From Squalus acanthias (taxonomy: Eukaryota): a stretch of DNA of 64,000 bases. Under the pieces are notes generated by a model that saw only the letters and a program-made list of their open reading frames with translations, had not been told where the DNA came from and searched no databases. The translations under genes and the position numbers were made by a program. This document shows, piece by piece, positions 36,429-50,173 of this stretch (position 1 is its first letter; the number at the start of each line of letters is the position of its first letter). The stretch covers positions 132,682,001 through 132,746,000 of the forward strand of contig CM059432.1 in NCBI GenBank assembly GCA_030390025.1, given 5' to 3'.

Positions 36429-36943
36429 TATCACCTAGGTACAATGCACCCAAATATCCGTGATCTTTTAACGGCATTAAATCCATTAAACCCTGCGTCT
36501 GAACGAGTCCCCTTAATGTTTTTAAGAAAGGCGGGGTAACGAAAAGCCTACATGCATTAGGTAACAAAGTACTGTGCTGTGGGGTTGACACATTATAAAC
36601 TGTTATAAACCGACTGCATTCTGAGTCTGAAAGAAAGAAACATCGATGTTGCAATGAAACTTAGAATATACTTTCGCATGATTACGATATCTAATATCCC
36701 TTCAGAAATGCTCCAAAACCAGAGTGAAAATAAGGCTATCATTTTAGGTGGCACTTGCTACTGGCAAGTTATTATCCATAGGCATTCTCTCATATCTTTA
36801 ACATCAGGACTAGACTTATTTGAAAATATCCTACATTTTTTCCATGTTGGCTTAGTGTTAGATGATTTGATGGATTTTGTAGATTAAAATTTCATTCGAC
36901 TGCTGGCCTTTGTGCAAATGGCTGTTTTTCGTTTCCAAACAAT

Positions 36944-37853
36944 GTGGGGACTTTTAACCCCCAGAAACAGACGGTTTGGGTCAGGTGGGAGGTTAAAGAA
37001 TAAAAAATCTGAATCCTGACCCCAACCCGCCTCCAACTCACCCACATCCGGTTTTAACGGAGGCGGGACGGGCAACCAATCCACTCGCAGGAGGCGGGTT
37101 GGCACTTTAAATATTATAATGAGGCTCCGTGCCTGGTCGGGTTTCCATGGCCTCGGGGAACCCGCCAGCTAAAGGGAGGCGAGGACTGCTGAATCCAGGA
37201 GTTAAGTGCCTTTCCGCTTACCTCCTGGATCAAGCGTTCCTGCCTCGCCGACCCCCCGTGATCGGACAGCCTTCCAAACTTTCCGATCTCCCCCGACCTT
37301 CCCCCCCCCCCCGCCCTGAGGCTTCCGGCCTACCCACCCCACACGAGGTCTCTGATCTCCGATTCCCCCCTCCGACCTTCGATCCCCGACCTCCGATCCC
37401 CCCTCCAGCCTTCCGACCTCTGGCCCCCATTCCGGCCCCCGATCCCCACTCCAGCCTTCTGACCACCCCCCACCGGCTCCCGATCACCCCTCCAGCCTTC
37501 TGACCTCCCGCCTCCAGCTCCCAATCATTCCTCCGGACTTCCAACATCCCCCCCTCTGGTCCTCGATCACCCCTATGGCCTTCTGACCGCCCCCCTCCGT
37601 CCCCAATCCCCCTCCGGCTTCCAATTACCCACCCTCTATCCTCCTCGCTGCAGCCTGGTGCTGCAGGCCTACCCACCCGACAGCCAGCCAGCCTCGCCAT
37701 CTGATTGGCTGCGGGTGGGAAACAGTGATTCTAAATGCTAATCAGGCCCTGCCGTTAAATTTGGCAGGGCCTGCAGGAAACCCATTCTCCCGGGTTACCC
37801 GACCGCATGCGGCCCTCCCGCTCCCTACCCGCCTCCAAATTAAAATTCCACCC
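36944..37853. mobile_element. Harbinger MITE with C-rich degenerate repeat
   Basis: Ends gtggggactttta / taaaattccaccc, AAT TSD, cccgcctcc subterminal motifs. Confidence 0.75.
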
Positions 37854-38799
37854 AATGTCAACCATGGAGACACTTTTGGTTCTTTCTACAGTTCATGTCA
37901 TGCTGCACCTCTACACTTGGAAGTGAGGGTGATTCAGTTCAAAGGGTCATGAAATGTTGTGGGAATTGGATCCAGTGAATATTTAAACAGATCCTTTCCT
38001 CTGGGATGAGTGATTAGGCCAGAACTTCCTTCACTCCATCCACTGGTATGCAGCATTTTCACTGCTTCCTGCATCTAATTACTGACACAAAGAACAAATC
38101 AGATGTAGACATGCAGAACATGAATCCCTTCCTCTATTCTTTGCACACAATGTACTCTATGTAAGATATTATTTTAAGACATAGACTTTCATAATCCGAT
38201 AGATTTATTGTGAAGATTTGTAATCTTGGTTTACACTTTAACGAGGGGCCAGCAGCTGAAACAGTTGGCTAATAATAACCTGCCTTTCACAAAAAAAGTA
38301 ATCCAATTATACAGTGAAGAATGAGAAGGTATCTGTTAATGATGGGGTTTAGCGCACAAGGGAACACTTTGACATGTGACAAAGCCAGATGCAGAAAGAG
38401 ATCCTATTGAATAAAAGAACGAGAAATTGGGCTGAGATACACCCCTTTGAGGTCACCAACATGCTCTCTACCTCTGACCTCTTCCTTGTCTGGTCCTGTG
38501 CTAATAATGCTACAGCTGCCTCTTTAATCTGCTCAACAGCTCCCTTGGTTCTGCTTTTTGACAGTCTCATCACACCAAGTTACTAAGGGTCTGCTACCCT
38601 TGCCATTCCTCCAATACATTTTCCCACCTACACACCCTCAAATCTAAGGACCACAGATGTGGCTGCACCTAGCATATGACTTGCCTGGTTGCCTATTGCC
38701 AGATCTGGCTGGACCACCTGAAATAAAGTGGATTTGCAATCTATTAACTAATTTTCCACAGAAACAATTCTTTTTTTAAAATCCCTTTACTCTGGCTTC

Positions 38800-39180
38800 T
38801 ACCACCCTCTCAATATTGGGAATGCCCTGCTAAGAATTACCAATGAAATCCTTTGTGACTAAGACTCTGGTGTTTTATTGCTCCTTGTCTTCCTTGACCT
38901 CTCATTGGAATTTGATACAGTCAACCATCATCCTCCAGCCTCTCTCCTCAGTGGTCAACCTCCAATCTCTCCCAACATAGCCAGCAGAATCTAGCAATGG
39001 TTTCCCCTCCTGCCGTCAAATAGTCACTGCGGATGTACCTCATGGTTCCATCCTTGGTCATCTCCTTTCCCTCAGTGACGTTATTGGTAGGCATGAGGTC
39101 AGCTTCCACACGTATGCTGATGACACTCGACTCTACCTTTTCACCACCTCCCTTGACTCCACAACTACCGCCATCTGTTG
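38800..39180 (+). mobile_element. Highly decayed L2 fragment
   Basis: cttgacctctc..tttgatacagtcaacca and gtacctcatggttccatccttgg..tatgctgatgacact (YADD-like) remnants. Confidence 0.55.
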
Positions 39181-39445
39181 GATTTCTTGTCCCAGCATCC
39201 AGTTTTATTTTTACACATCTTTCTATGTTTTCCCTCCTTTCACCCCAGTTCCCGAACAGACAACAATAATATGCTTTCTGTTAAAATTCAAGCCTTCTGG
39301 ATTTATGGAGAAATCCTTCAATTGCAAAAACCCCAGTGAATGGTCAATGAGTTAAGATGTACACATGCTTACACTATAGGAGCAATGATAAGATGCCGAT
39401 GCAAAAATAGCTTCTTGTCTGTTAATGCCTCATAATAAAATTACT

Positions 39446-40140
39446 GACCTGGTGTTTCTAGCGCAATTCACCCAAAAGCGGCCAAACCAGCACGATCGAT
39501 CGAGGAATTTCAACCGCAAATTAGATTCAGTGCCAATTGAGTTTCTGCGATCCTTTGCACTGGTTTAAAAAGCACTGTGTTGGAATCTGGCCCCGCCCAC
39601 AAAACTGGCCATGTCCCCGATCGATTTAATCACCATGGCGAGTTGCCGCTAATTGTTCCGGTTTGCGGGCCTTCGAGGAGGCTCTTCAAATTAAGCTGGT
39701 TATTTTAGGTGCAAGGACATTAATAGGCACCTTTTAAAAGCTTCTAAATATTATTGCTTTTAAATTATTAAGAAGCTGATTACTGTTCACCAATGTAACT
39801 GGTTCTGTATAGTTTTTTAAAGTCATTTTCAGTTATTTAAAATCAGGTTACTCACAGGTGGTGGCCTAGACACTCTGATAAACCCATTTTCAGCTGTATT
39901 AATCAAACTGCACTAGGTCGCCCTCTTAAATATATCACGGAATATTTTTTAATGCAACCATCTTTGTTTTTATTTAGGTTCTAAAACGGTGCCTGATTGC
40001 TCTGGTTTGTGGAAGATTTTATGTTCGGCGATATGCAAATGAGTTTGAGCAGAAACTTGAGCAAACAATTCACTTTGCAAAACGAGCGCAATTGTGAGCG
40101 CCCGGATAGCCAATTGTGCCCAAAGCGGAAACTCTTGGCC
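39446..40140. mobile_element. Probable Harbinger-type MITE
   Basis: Imperfect ends gacctggtgtttc / gaaactcttggcc, flanks act / acc, CpG-rich ends and AT-rich middle. Confidence 0.5.
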
Positions 40141-41285
40141 ACCATATCTTAATACGGACTTAGCACCTGTTAGCTCTAATGCACAAAATGGAAATTGGCC
40201 TCCTATTTGTCAAAAATCATTGCCTCTTGAACAATTTGCTGAATCAGCAGGTATTGCGGGCCTATTTGAGCAAACCTTTCATGTGGTCATTACTGCCTTT
40301 CCCACAATGCATGTTGCTATTCAGACTGGCCACATTGGATGACCATATTTTGACAAGCCCTGTCCAGACATAATAAACTCAACCAGCATTTCCCACTGGT
40401 CAAAGTCTACAATAAGGTAACAGCAAAGAATATCAACAGTAATAGCAGGCAAGTTGAGCCCAATCCCAGAGTATTTAACAATTCCTGTGACAAATAGTGT
40501 TACTATTACGACGCGCAGCTTAAGAGATCAAACTTCAATGTTTAGCAATGGCATGCAAAATAGTCCTATTGTTACTGCTGCAGAAAAGGTGGGCAGGTGT
40601 ATCATTACAGTAACGACTTTGAGCAGCTTAAGCAGTTCCCAGTAGAGATAACCATAGCCAGCCTGGCAGCAGACCAAGAGTCCAATGTAATAACACTATG
40701 ATTTAAGATTGTGTTAAATTCTGAACAAAGGGAGACTTAAGCTATAGGAGGCATACATACTGCCCACTTTCAACGGGCTGACTGCTTTTGATTTCGAAAG
40801 CTGCTGTGAGAGAAAAGAATATAGAATATATACTGGTTGGCAAAATTCTATCATCTACTTCCGTACAAGTAGCTTTAAACCCTGCTTTGACCGGGGAATA
40901 AACTTCAGACTCTAATGATCTTTCCTTAGCCATCAATTGTCTGATACCTTTTGTGTGTCCAGTGTTTAAAGACGGGTCAGAAACCTGCCTTTCAATTTCC
41001 GGTGCGAATTTAAATGCTCTTCACACAAAAGCAGAATGCTGTATTAAAGAAATAGGGGGCTATTTTGGGGAGAGGGTGAAAAGAGGTGCTAGTTGGGCGC
41101 CGTGCTAATAAGACGCGCCTGTTTAAAAGTCTGGTTTTAGCCTGCAAATTTGGGGCTAAACCAGGTGCAGTGTATCCGTGAAACAAAAAATTGCAGGTGC
41201 TGGCATCGCACAGTTGCTCAGTCAGCACCTGTGGAGGGAACAGACAAGTTAGTGTTTCAGGCATATCGCCACCTCATCTCAGAAC

Positions 41286-41733
41286 AGTCCTGTGCTCGCT
41301 GACCTACATTGGTTCAAGTTTAAGCAACACCTCGGTTTTAAAATTCTCATCCTTGTTTTCAAATCCCTCCATGGCCTCCCTATCCCTGTAACCTCCTCCA
41401 GCCCTACAACCCTCCGAGATCTCTGCGCCCCATCCAATTCTGGCCCCTTGTGCATCCCCGATTAGAATCGCTCGACCGATGGCGGCCGTGGCTTCAGCTG
41501 CCTGGGCCCCAAGCTCTGGAATTCCTGCCCTAAACCTCTCCGCCTCTCTACCTCTCTTTCCTCCTTTAAGACGCTCCTTAAAACCTACCTCTTTGACCAA
41601 GCTTATGGTCATCTGCCCTTCTATCAACTTATGTGGCTCGGTTTCAAATTTTGTTTGATAACGCTCCTGTGAAGCGCCTTGGGATGTTTTACTACGTTAA
41701 AGGCGCTATATAAATACAAGTTGTTGTTGTTGT
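41286..41733 (+). mobile_element. L2 LINE 3' fragment
   Basis: Same family as 9226-9642 with (ttg)n tail. Confidence 0.85.
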
Positions 41734-41738
41734 AGTAG

Positions 41739-41956
41739 CGATGGCCCCAAAATCTGGTGCGAATACCACATGAAACGGACATGGAGAGTGGGCCCTGAAG
41801 TCAGCCATATTAAGTCCTCTTTCTTAAATGAGAGTCTGCTTGGTAATTGCGCCATCCTTTTCTATGTACCGGTTCTGGAGGAGGAAGATGATGATTGCAA
41901 GCAAGTGAGTTTACAATTTAGGTGCCCGTATACCACCAGTTATATATACAGGCCAA
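41739..41956 (+). repeat. Dispersed duplicate of 9645-9862
   Basis: Collinear, about 14 substitutions in ~218 nt by eye; ORFs 9676-9912 and 41770-41970 are paralogous. Confidence 0.95.
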
Positions 41957-42008
41957 TAACGCTTCTGTGAAGCGCCTTGGGACATTTTACCACGTTAAAG
42001 GCACTATA

Positions 42009-43098
42009 TACATAGATACATAGAAGATAGGAGCAGGAGTAGGCCATCCGGCCCTTCGAGCCTGCTCCGCCATTTAATGAGATCATGGCTGATCCTCCAA
42101 TTCAGTATCCCGTCCCCGCCTTCTCTCCGTAACCCTTAACCCCTTTTGCCTGTAGAAATATATCTAATTCCCTCTTAAATATATTTAATGAGCTGGCGTA
42201 CACTGCCCTCTGTGGCAATGAGTTCCACAGGTTCACCACCCTCTGAGTGAAGAAATTCCCCCTCATTTCTGTCCTAAATGGTTTAGCCCTTATCCTTAAA
42301 TTATGTCCTCTAGTTCTGTTCTCACCCGCCAAGGGAAACATTCCTTCTGCATCTAGTCTGTCTAGACCTGTCAGAATTTTATACACTTCTATGAGGTCCC
42401 CTCTCAATCTTCTAAACTCCAATGTGTACATCCCTAAACTACATAGTCTCTCCTCATAGGTCAATCCCGCCATTCCTGGTATCAGCCTGGTGAATCGCCG
42501 CTGCACCCCCTCCATGGCAAGAACATCTTTCCTCAGATGAGGCGACCAAAACTGTACACAGTACTCGAGGTGTGGTCTCACCAGTGCCCTGTACAGCTGC
42601 AGCAAGGTATCCCTGTTCCTGTATTCCAACCCTTTTGCTATGAAGGCCAGCATACCGTTTGCCTTCTTGATCGCCTGTTGCACCTGCATGCTCGCCTTCA
42701 GTGACTGGTGTACAAGAACACCCAGGTCTCTCTGTACTTCCCCCTCTCCCAATTTATTGCCATTTAAATAATAATTTGCCCTCCCGTTCCTGCACCCAAG
42801 GTGGATAACTTCGCACTTGTCCACATTATAGTGCATCTGCCATTTATCCGCCCAATCACCCAGTCTGTCCAAATCGCTCTGGAGCTTCCTGGTCTCCTCC
42901 TCTGAGCCCACCCCCCCTCCTAGTTTAGTGTCGTCTGCAAATTTGGAAATGCTGCATCCGACTCCCTGATCCAGGTCATTAATGTAAATTGTGAACAGCT
43001 GGGGACCCAGGACAGATCCCTGTGGTACCCCACTTGTTACTGCCTGCCATTCAGAAAATGAGCCGTTTATTCCAACTCTCTGTTTTCTATCTGACAGC
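42009..43098 (-). mobile_element. Young CR1 3' fragment with open RT frame, inserted in a short L2 tail
   Basis: LSDRKQRVGING..GVPQGSVLGP..FADD..GVKGYGEKAG open; L2 tail is split as ggcactatata | caagttgttg. Confidence 0.92.
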
Positions 43099-44215
43099 AA
43101 GTTGTTGTTGTTGTTGTTGTTAAAGGGCTGTATGCCTGAAATGCTAACTTTAACTGTTCTCTCCATAGACACTGACTGACTTGCTGTGCGACTTCAGCAC
43201 TTTCTGTTTTTGTTTTGGATTCTTAGCATTTGCAGTTTTTTTTTAAAAAAATGGAATTTCCATGGACTCATTCACAATATTTACATGCAAATGAGTGGGA
43301 AATATCATCTCACATCTGCGTATTGCAATTGATGCCACAGATTGGATTTGCTTCCCTTGTGTTTATTGTGACGTTTGATAGCCAGCCAAGTTAGAACCCG
43401 TTCCTTATGCCTACAAATAATTTAATTGCCATAATTCCCTCAGTAATGGCATTGCCAGTATTCAGAAAGTAATTACATTAGAAACTACCTCATGTCCTTG
43501 AAATGATAATGTAATGTATGCAAGGTTTCCAGCTGAGAGATACGATGAAGTTAGTTGTCTTTGATTGCTGCACCATCAAAGGAGTTGCAGACTAGTAAAA
43601 ATTCCAATGAGCATTGCTTTAGACGCTGGTCCGATATCATGAGTGTAGGGAATTCGACTCAAGTCCAATTGGATACAATGATACTTTATTTAAGGCTTGT
43701 AAAACTTAACACATTACAGTACATGAGCGATAATTTACAGAACCAAGCAGAAAGTATATCACCCTCTCCGTCCTGGATAGAAATCTTCATGTTACGCGAT
43801 AGGTCTGTTGCCTTCCTCTTGGATGCTTTGCCTCCCGCCTCAAAATCTTCTACACTGAACAGCCTCGAGCGCTTGTCCTTTACACACTAGTTAGTTAGTT
43901 AGTTACTTATAAATGCTATCACCAAGCTTTTGTGCAAATTAACCCTTTCTTACATGAGCAAGCAACTCAGCAGACGACAAAGGACTGGCTGTTCACACAC
44001 TATCTATTTGAGTAGTAAAGTTGATAAATACAGTTTATGTCTACTATGAAAGAATCTCTTTGATCTTGTGTGATGGAATCTGCCTTTGAAGATGCTGAAG
44101 AATTGGGAAAAAAGGTGTGGGTTTTCCTTGTATCCCTAGTTCTCTAACACTATCAGAAAATGCAGGAAAAGGACACCAAGTCAGTCAGTATCTGTGGGAG
44201 ATATCAGAGACTCAG

Positions 44216-44345
44216 GCCGCGATTTTATCGGCACTGAGAGGGCGGGTTTGGAGGCGGGTCAAAGGTTAAAATCATTTTGATTGACGGCGGGGTCCGATCC
44301 CACCGTCAACCCGCCTCCAAACAATTTTCCCAAGTGTCGGGTCCC
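44216..44345. mobile_element. Harbinger terminal fragment
   Basis: ggccgcgatttt start; similar to the reverse complement of 30500-30655. Confidence 0.7.
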
Positions 44346-44361
44346 CGATTTGTTTATATAG

Positions 44362-46310
44362 GGCTGATCTTCTACCTCATCTCCACTATCCCCATATCCC
44401 TTGATTCGCTTCATATCCAAAAATCTATCGATCTCTGTCTTGAATATACTCAACGACTGAGACTCCGCAGCCCTTTGGGGTAGAGAATTTCAAAGATTCC
44501 CCACTCTCAGTGAAGAAATTTCTCCTCATCTCAGTCCCAAATGGCCGACCCTTTATTCTGAGACTGTGACCCCTGGTTCTAGACTCCCCAACCAGGGGAA
44601 ACATCCTCCTTGCATCTACCCTGTCAAGCCCTGTAAGAATTTTGTACCTGCACCTCTCCTTCTTATAAACTCGAAAGAAAATAGGCCTAGTCTACTCAAT
44701 CTCTCCTCATAGGACAATCCCCCCATCCCAGGAATCAGTCTGGTGAACCTTCGTTGCACTACCTCTATGGCAAGTATATCTTTCCTTAGGTATGGAGTCT
44801 AAAACTGTACACAATACTCCAGGTGTGGTCTCACCAGGGTCCTATATAATTGCAGTAAGATGTCTTTACTCTTATACTCAAATCCTCTTGTAATAAAGGC
44901 CAACATACCATTTCCTTTCTTAATTGCTTGCTGTACCTGCATGTTAACTTTCAGTGATTCGTGTACCAGGATACCCAGGTCCCTCTGAACACCAACATTT
45001 CCCAATCACTCACCATTTAAAAAATACTCTGTTTTACTATTTTTCCAACCAAAGTGGATAACTTCACATTTCTCCACATTATATTCCATTTGCCATGTTC
45101 TTGCCCACTCACTTAGCCTGTCTTATAGAATCATAGAAAGTTACAGCACGGAAGGAGGCCATTTCGGCCCATCGTGTCCGCGCCGGCCAATAAAGAACTA
45201 TCCAGCCTAATCCCACTTCCCAGCTCTTGGTCCGTAGCCCTGCAGGTTACAGCATCCCAAGTGCACATCCAAGTACTTTTTAAATGTCGTTAGGGTTTCT
45301 GCCTCTATCATCCTTTCAGGCAGTGAGTTCCAGACCCCCACACAACCCTCTGGGTGAAGAAATTTCCCCTCAAATCCCCTCTAAACCTTCCACCAATTAC
45401 TTTAAATCTGTGCCCCCTGGTTTTTGATCCCTCTGCTAAGGGAAATAGGTCCTTTCTATCCACTTTATCTGGGCCCCTCATAATTTTATATACCTCAATA
45501 AGGTCTCCCCTCAGCCTCCTCTGTTCCAAGGAAAACAAACCCAGCCTATCCAGTCTTTCCTCATAGCTAACTCCAGGCAACATCCTTGTAAATCTCCTCT
45601 GTACCCTCTCTAGTGCAATCACATCTTTCCTCTAATGTGGTGACCAGAACAGCACGCAGTACTCTAGCTGAGGCCTAACTAGTGTTTTATACAGTTGAAG
45701 CATAACCCCCCGCTCATGTATTCTATGCCACGGCTAATAAAGGCAAGCATTCCGTATGCCTTCTTAACCACCTTATCTACTTGGCCTGCTACCTTCAGGG
45801 ATCTGTGGACATGCACTCCAAGGTCCCTTTGTTCCTTTACACTACTCAGTGTCCTACCATTTAATGTGTATTCCCTTTCCTTGTTAGTCCTCCCCAAATG
45901 CATCACCTCACACTTCTCCGGATTGAATTCCATTTGCCACTGTTCTGCCCACCTGACCAATTTATTGATATCTTCCTGCAGTCTACAGCTTCCTTCTTCA
46001 GGATCAACCACACAGCCTATTTTAGTATCATCTGTCTATATCCCCTTGAAGCCTCTTTGCATCCTCCTCACAACTTGGATATATTACATTTGGTCCCCTC
46101 ATCCAAATCATTGCGGTACCCCACTAGTTATAGCCTGCCAACCCAAAAATGACCCGTTTATTCCTACTCTCTGTTTTCTGTCCGTTAACCAATCCTCATT
46201 TAACTACTCCTGCTCCTATTTCTTATGTTCTTATGTTCTCAATCCATGCTAGTATATCCTCGGTTCTGAGGGACTGCCTAAGAAGAAGAAGAGTATATTA
46301 CCCCAATCCC
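44362..46310 (-). mobile_element. CR1 fragment (44362-45123, 46033-46310) with a second CR1 nested at 45124-46032
   Basis: Two RT C-termini in tandem; inner (tagaatca) tail; tgtct repeated at both junctions. Confidence 0.85.
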
Positions 46311-46405
46311 GTGAACGGATACGTGACAGGGACTGAGATATTTGGGCTATAGGAAGTGCGGTGGGAAGATACATACTCAGGTAGTCAATGGGTTTGTAAT
46401 AGATG

Positions 46406-46782
46406 TCTTGTTTTCAAATCCCTCCATGGCCTCGCCCCTCCCTATCTCTGTAACCTCCTCCAGCACTACAACCCTCTGAGATATCTGTGCTCCTCCAATT
46501 CTGGCCTCTTGAGCATCCCCGATTTTAATCGCTCCACCATTGGTGGCCAGACGTTCAGCTGCCAGGGCCCTAACCTCTGGAATCCCCTCCCTAAACCTCT
46601 CTGCCTCTCTACCTCAATTTCCTCCTTTAAGACTCTACTTAAAACCTACCACTTTTCATCTGCCCTAATATCGCCTTATGCGGCTTGGTGTCAAATTTTG
46701 ATTTATAACAATCCTGTGAAGCGCCTTGGGATGTTTTACTACGTTAAAGGCGCTAAATAAATGCAAGTTGTTGTTGTTGTTG
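46406..46782 (+). mobile_element. L2 LINE 3' fragment
   Basis: LVFKSLHGLAPPYL..; (ttg)n tail. Confidence 0.85.
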
Positions 46783-46796
46783 AAGAAAGCCCATCA

Positions 46797-47204
46797 TGAA
46801 AGAAAGACTTGCATTTATATAGCGCCTTTCACGACCACCGGACGTCCCAAAGCGCTTTACAGCCAATGAAGTAGTTTTTGAAGTGTAGTCGCTGTTGTAA
46901 TGTAGGAAACATGGCAGCCAATTTGCACACAGCAAGCTCCCACAAACAGCAATGTGATAATGACCAGATAATCTGTTTTAGTGATGTTGATTGAGGGATA
47001 AATATTCTTCTTCGAAATAGTGCCATAGGCTCTTTTACGTCCAAGTTAGAGAGCAGACGGGGCCTCGGTTTAACATTTCATCCAAAAGACGGCACCTCCG
47101 ACAGTGCCGCACTCCCTCAGTACTGCACTGGAGTGTCAGCCTAGATTTTTGTGCTCACAACCTTCTGACTCAGAGCTGAGGGTGCAAATGAGTCATGGCT
47201 GACA
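46797..47204 (-). mobile_element. Deu-domain SINE
   Basis: Reverse-complement match to 14087-14520. Confidence 0.85.
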
Positions 47205-48021
47205 CTCATATTCAAGATATGTAGTTGGAATTCATGTGGGTTCCCATAATGACACCCTTTGTCTGAGGATGTGAGTACAGTTAAGCAGACTTGCTGAAGG
47301 TGAGAGCAAGTCAAGGAGGAAATGATGGATATTCAAGGAAGAAATGAAGGGCTCGGACATTGTCTTGGTGAGGCATGGAGGTCGAGTGTGACTCTATGCC
47401 CACGGTGAAATAGATGATCGGGACCATCAAACCTCAAATCATTGAAGTGAGAAAGGATATCAGAAGAGTGATGAATATTGGTGCGTAGGGACTGGGTAAG
47501 AGGGAATGGGGAAAAATAGAGTGAAAATAAGAGGCAATTAGTTTCAGTTGGCTCATGTTCCACTAAACCATCAGTCTACCAGTCCTGTTTTTATATCTTG
47601 AGGAGGAGGTAACAACAGGCTGTGCTGGGTTGGGGAACTATGAGATTGGAGGGAGTGGGAGAGGGAAAAGATATCTGGAAGAGATAAGGTTGGTAACAAT
47701 CTGGGAAATAAAGATTTGCGCCTGAATCTTTACCTTGGTGTCGGGTTGCGTGCGTGCGGGGCAAGTAGCAGGTCGGGAACGCGATGTTGTGAGCAGTACG
47801 TTGTTCAGGGCAACTTTTACTTAATGGCTCCAATTAAACCAGTCATGTGCTTTCCTGGCCCAATTAAATGGAGCGGGTCTGATGATGTCATCGATGACTT
47901 GTTTCCAGTGCCGATATTTAAAGCAGCTTTGCACACATCTCATTTGAAGGTTGATGAAGGAGTGTGCAAGGTCATTTCCAGAGGTCTGACTACGGTTACA
48001 AAGCTGATAAAAGTATGGGTA

Positions 48022-49896
48022 ATGGATACACAAAGGCAGAGGGCTGCATCAAGATTTAGCGATGCATCACTCGATGTTCTGGTGCAGGCAGTGAGAGCAC
48101 GCAGGGAGGTCCTCTTCCCTGCTGATAGGTGCAAAAGACCACCAAAGACACCAAAAGGGCATGGGTGGAGATTGCAGAGGAGGTCAGCAGCAGGGATGTT
48201 GTCAGGTGGACGTGGATCCAGTGCAGGAAAAGATTCAATGATCTCATGAGGTCAGGAAAGGTGAGTGCAAAGCCACACTCACCCTCATCCTGATGTTGTA
48301 CCTGTCAACACATCCCCAGCACTCTGCCTTCCCAAGCCTACTCCTGCACATCATTCCTCACACCAACCTACCTTGCACGTCCACCCATCCCTCTCTGTCT
48401 ATGTACGTACTCACATCCCTATCTGACTAACCAACCCTGACACTCACCCTCATCCTCATGCAATCATAGCAAGTAACACCACAGAAGGAGGCCGTTTGGC
48501 ATTGGCACCACACTCCCTCATAGTCACCCTCTACAGATGTAACTGATCCATTCCTTACACACATTCCATCACTCTCACTCAAACTTCTCTTCTTTCCCTC
48601 CTTGCAGGAGAAGAAAGCCCAGAACAATAGGGAGAGGCAGAGGCCCGGAGGAGACCCTCCAATATTCACTCAATTGACTCCAGCAGAGGAGGAGCCCCTG
48701 GAGATATCTCGAGTTTCAGAGCTGCTGGTGGTGGAAGAGGGAGAGAGGGGGACATCCCAGCAACCTGGTGACAGAATTACATCTCATACAGCCACATGGC
48801 ATACAACAGTCACTCATATGGTGACTGATGTCAGCAGCCAGTGAATTTTCATCATGTGCATAATGGTAATGTTACCCATTCTTAATATAACACTTCTAAA
48901 TCATCTCTTTACTCTCCAACAGGTCCATCAAGTGCCCCCTCAACTGTCCAGCCGGAGGAGGAAGACGACTCCTCAGAGGAAGCTCCAGCCTCTGAGGGTG
49001 CACCGTCAGCAGACCCAAGCGCAGCCAGCACCAGCGCTGATACGCACACCTCGGTGGGACCTGTGCGAGATAGGGTAGTGTTGTCACCTGGTGTCTCACA
49101 CACCACAAGTGAGCAACAGCAGATGGTGTTGACAAGGACAGCAGTGGAGACTCCTCGTTGGAGGGCGCAGGATGCTCCAAGCTCTGCTCAGCTGCATGCA
49201 GACGCTGAGCCTCGGGGGCCATCCAGAAAGAGGGTGATCTTGGAGGGGCAGCAACAATTGCATGAGGCTCTGGCAGCTTTTGCAGCCGCGCTGTCTACAA
49301 ATGTGCAGAGAATGGAGGAGTCCACCTCCAACATGAGCACCACCATGTCACAAGCGATGGCAAAGATGTGCTGTTCCATGGAAAAGATGGCCACCTGCAT
49401 GGAGCAGCAAATGCACTAGTCACACGAGAACATGCTTGCTGTGAACAACAGATGGCAGACGCTCATAGACCTCATCTCTAGAAGGGATATAAACGTAGAG
49501 TTGGGCGTTCATCGCCCCACTGATGTGCAGCAAGGTTCTCTCCAGCTCCTTGCTAGTAGGGAGTGCGGGTGGCCCATGAGAGGGATGATGGTGAGAGGGG
49601 ACATGGATGTAGAGGCTCTTCTCAAAGTGCTCCCACTTCTTCCCCCATTGCCTCCCCCTCAGTCAGGGCTCTACATGCTTCCTCGGATCCCAATGGTCGA
49701 GTCTGCCCCTGCACAGTCGCAGGAGGAGCAGTCTTTGGCTCCAAAACCCAGAGGACGTCCGCCAAAAGTGTCTAAGCAGTCGCAGCAGGGAAGTGAGCAG
49801 TCTGCCTCTACATCTGCTGAAGCCATAGGGGTTGCACCTCGTAGAAGCACTCGCAAAAAAAAGACACAAAAGTGGATGCACAGAGTATGCTCGTGA
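48022..49896 (+). pseudogene. Harbinger B Myb/SANT-like gene, three exons (48022-48260, 48608-48767, 48923-~49896)
   Basis: RFSDASLDVLVQAV..AWVEIAEEVS..QCRKRFNDL; donors gtgagt and gtgaca, acceptors ttgcag and caacag; basic end PRRSTRKKK; frameshift in exon 1 and TAG at 49417-49419. Confidence 0.85.
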
Positions 49897-50173
49897 GTGT
49901 ATGAACAAATGTTAGTGGTAAGTTTCAGTTATTTTTATGACACAGATAAATGTATTTCTTTGCACCACTTTTGGGTCTTGTCCATTTTTGCCTGCTACCT
50001 TGGTAGTGGCTTTGTCACGTGGAGTGACTGGTGAGATATTACTTAACCTCGAGCAATTGGGGTTTGGGTGACAGGAATGGCTTGGTCATTGTAGGACTGC
50101 TTTAAGCTGTTGTTGTGGTGGGGAGAGAAACTTAGTACAGCATGTGGCAGCCATATAGGTGCATTGGAGCAAG

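Larger units (their letters stand above)
41178..43240. mobile_element. Old inverted Penelope pLTR pair (41178-41285 minus, 43122-43240 plus) split by later insertions
   Basis: Both arms read tatgcctgaaa..ctaact..ctgtt..ctcca..ctgactga..ctgtgcga..cagcac; the plus arm has an extra tail. Confidence 0.65.

Noticed and set aside
37129..37700. Pro-rich and Gly/Arg-rich ORFs
   Set aside because: By-product of the C-rich low-complexity interior of a MITE
43099..43172. Poly-Asn N-terminus of the 356-aa RT ORF
   Set aside because: Read-through of an L2 (ttg)n tail and a pLTR remnant beyond the CR1 truncation point
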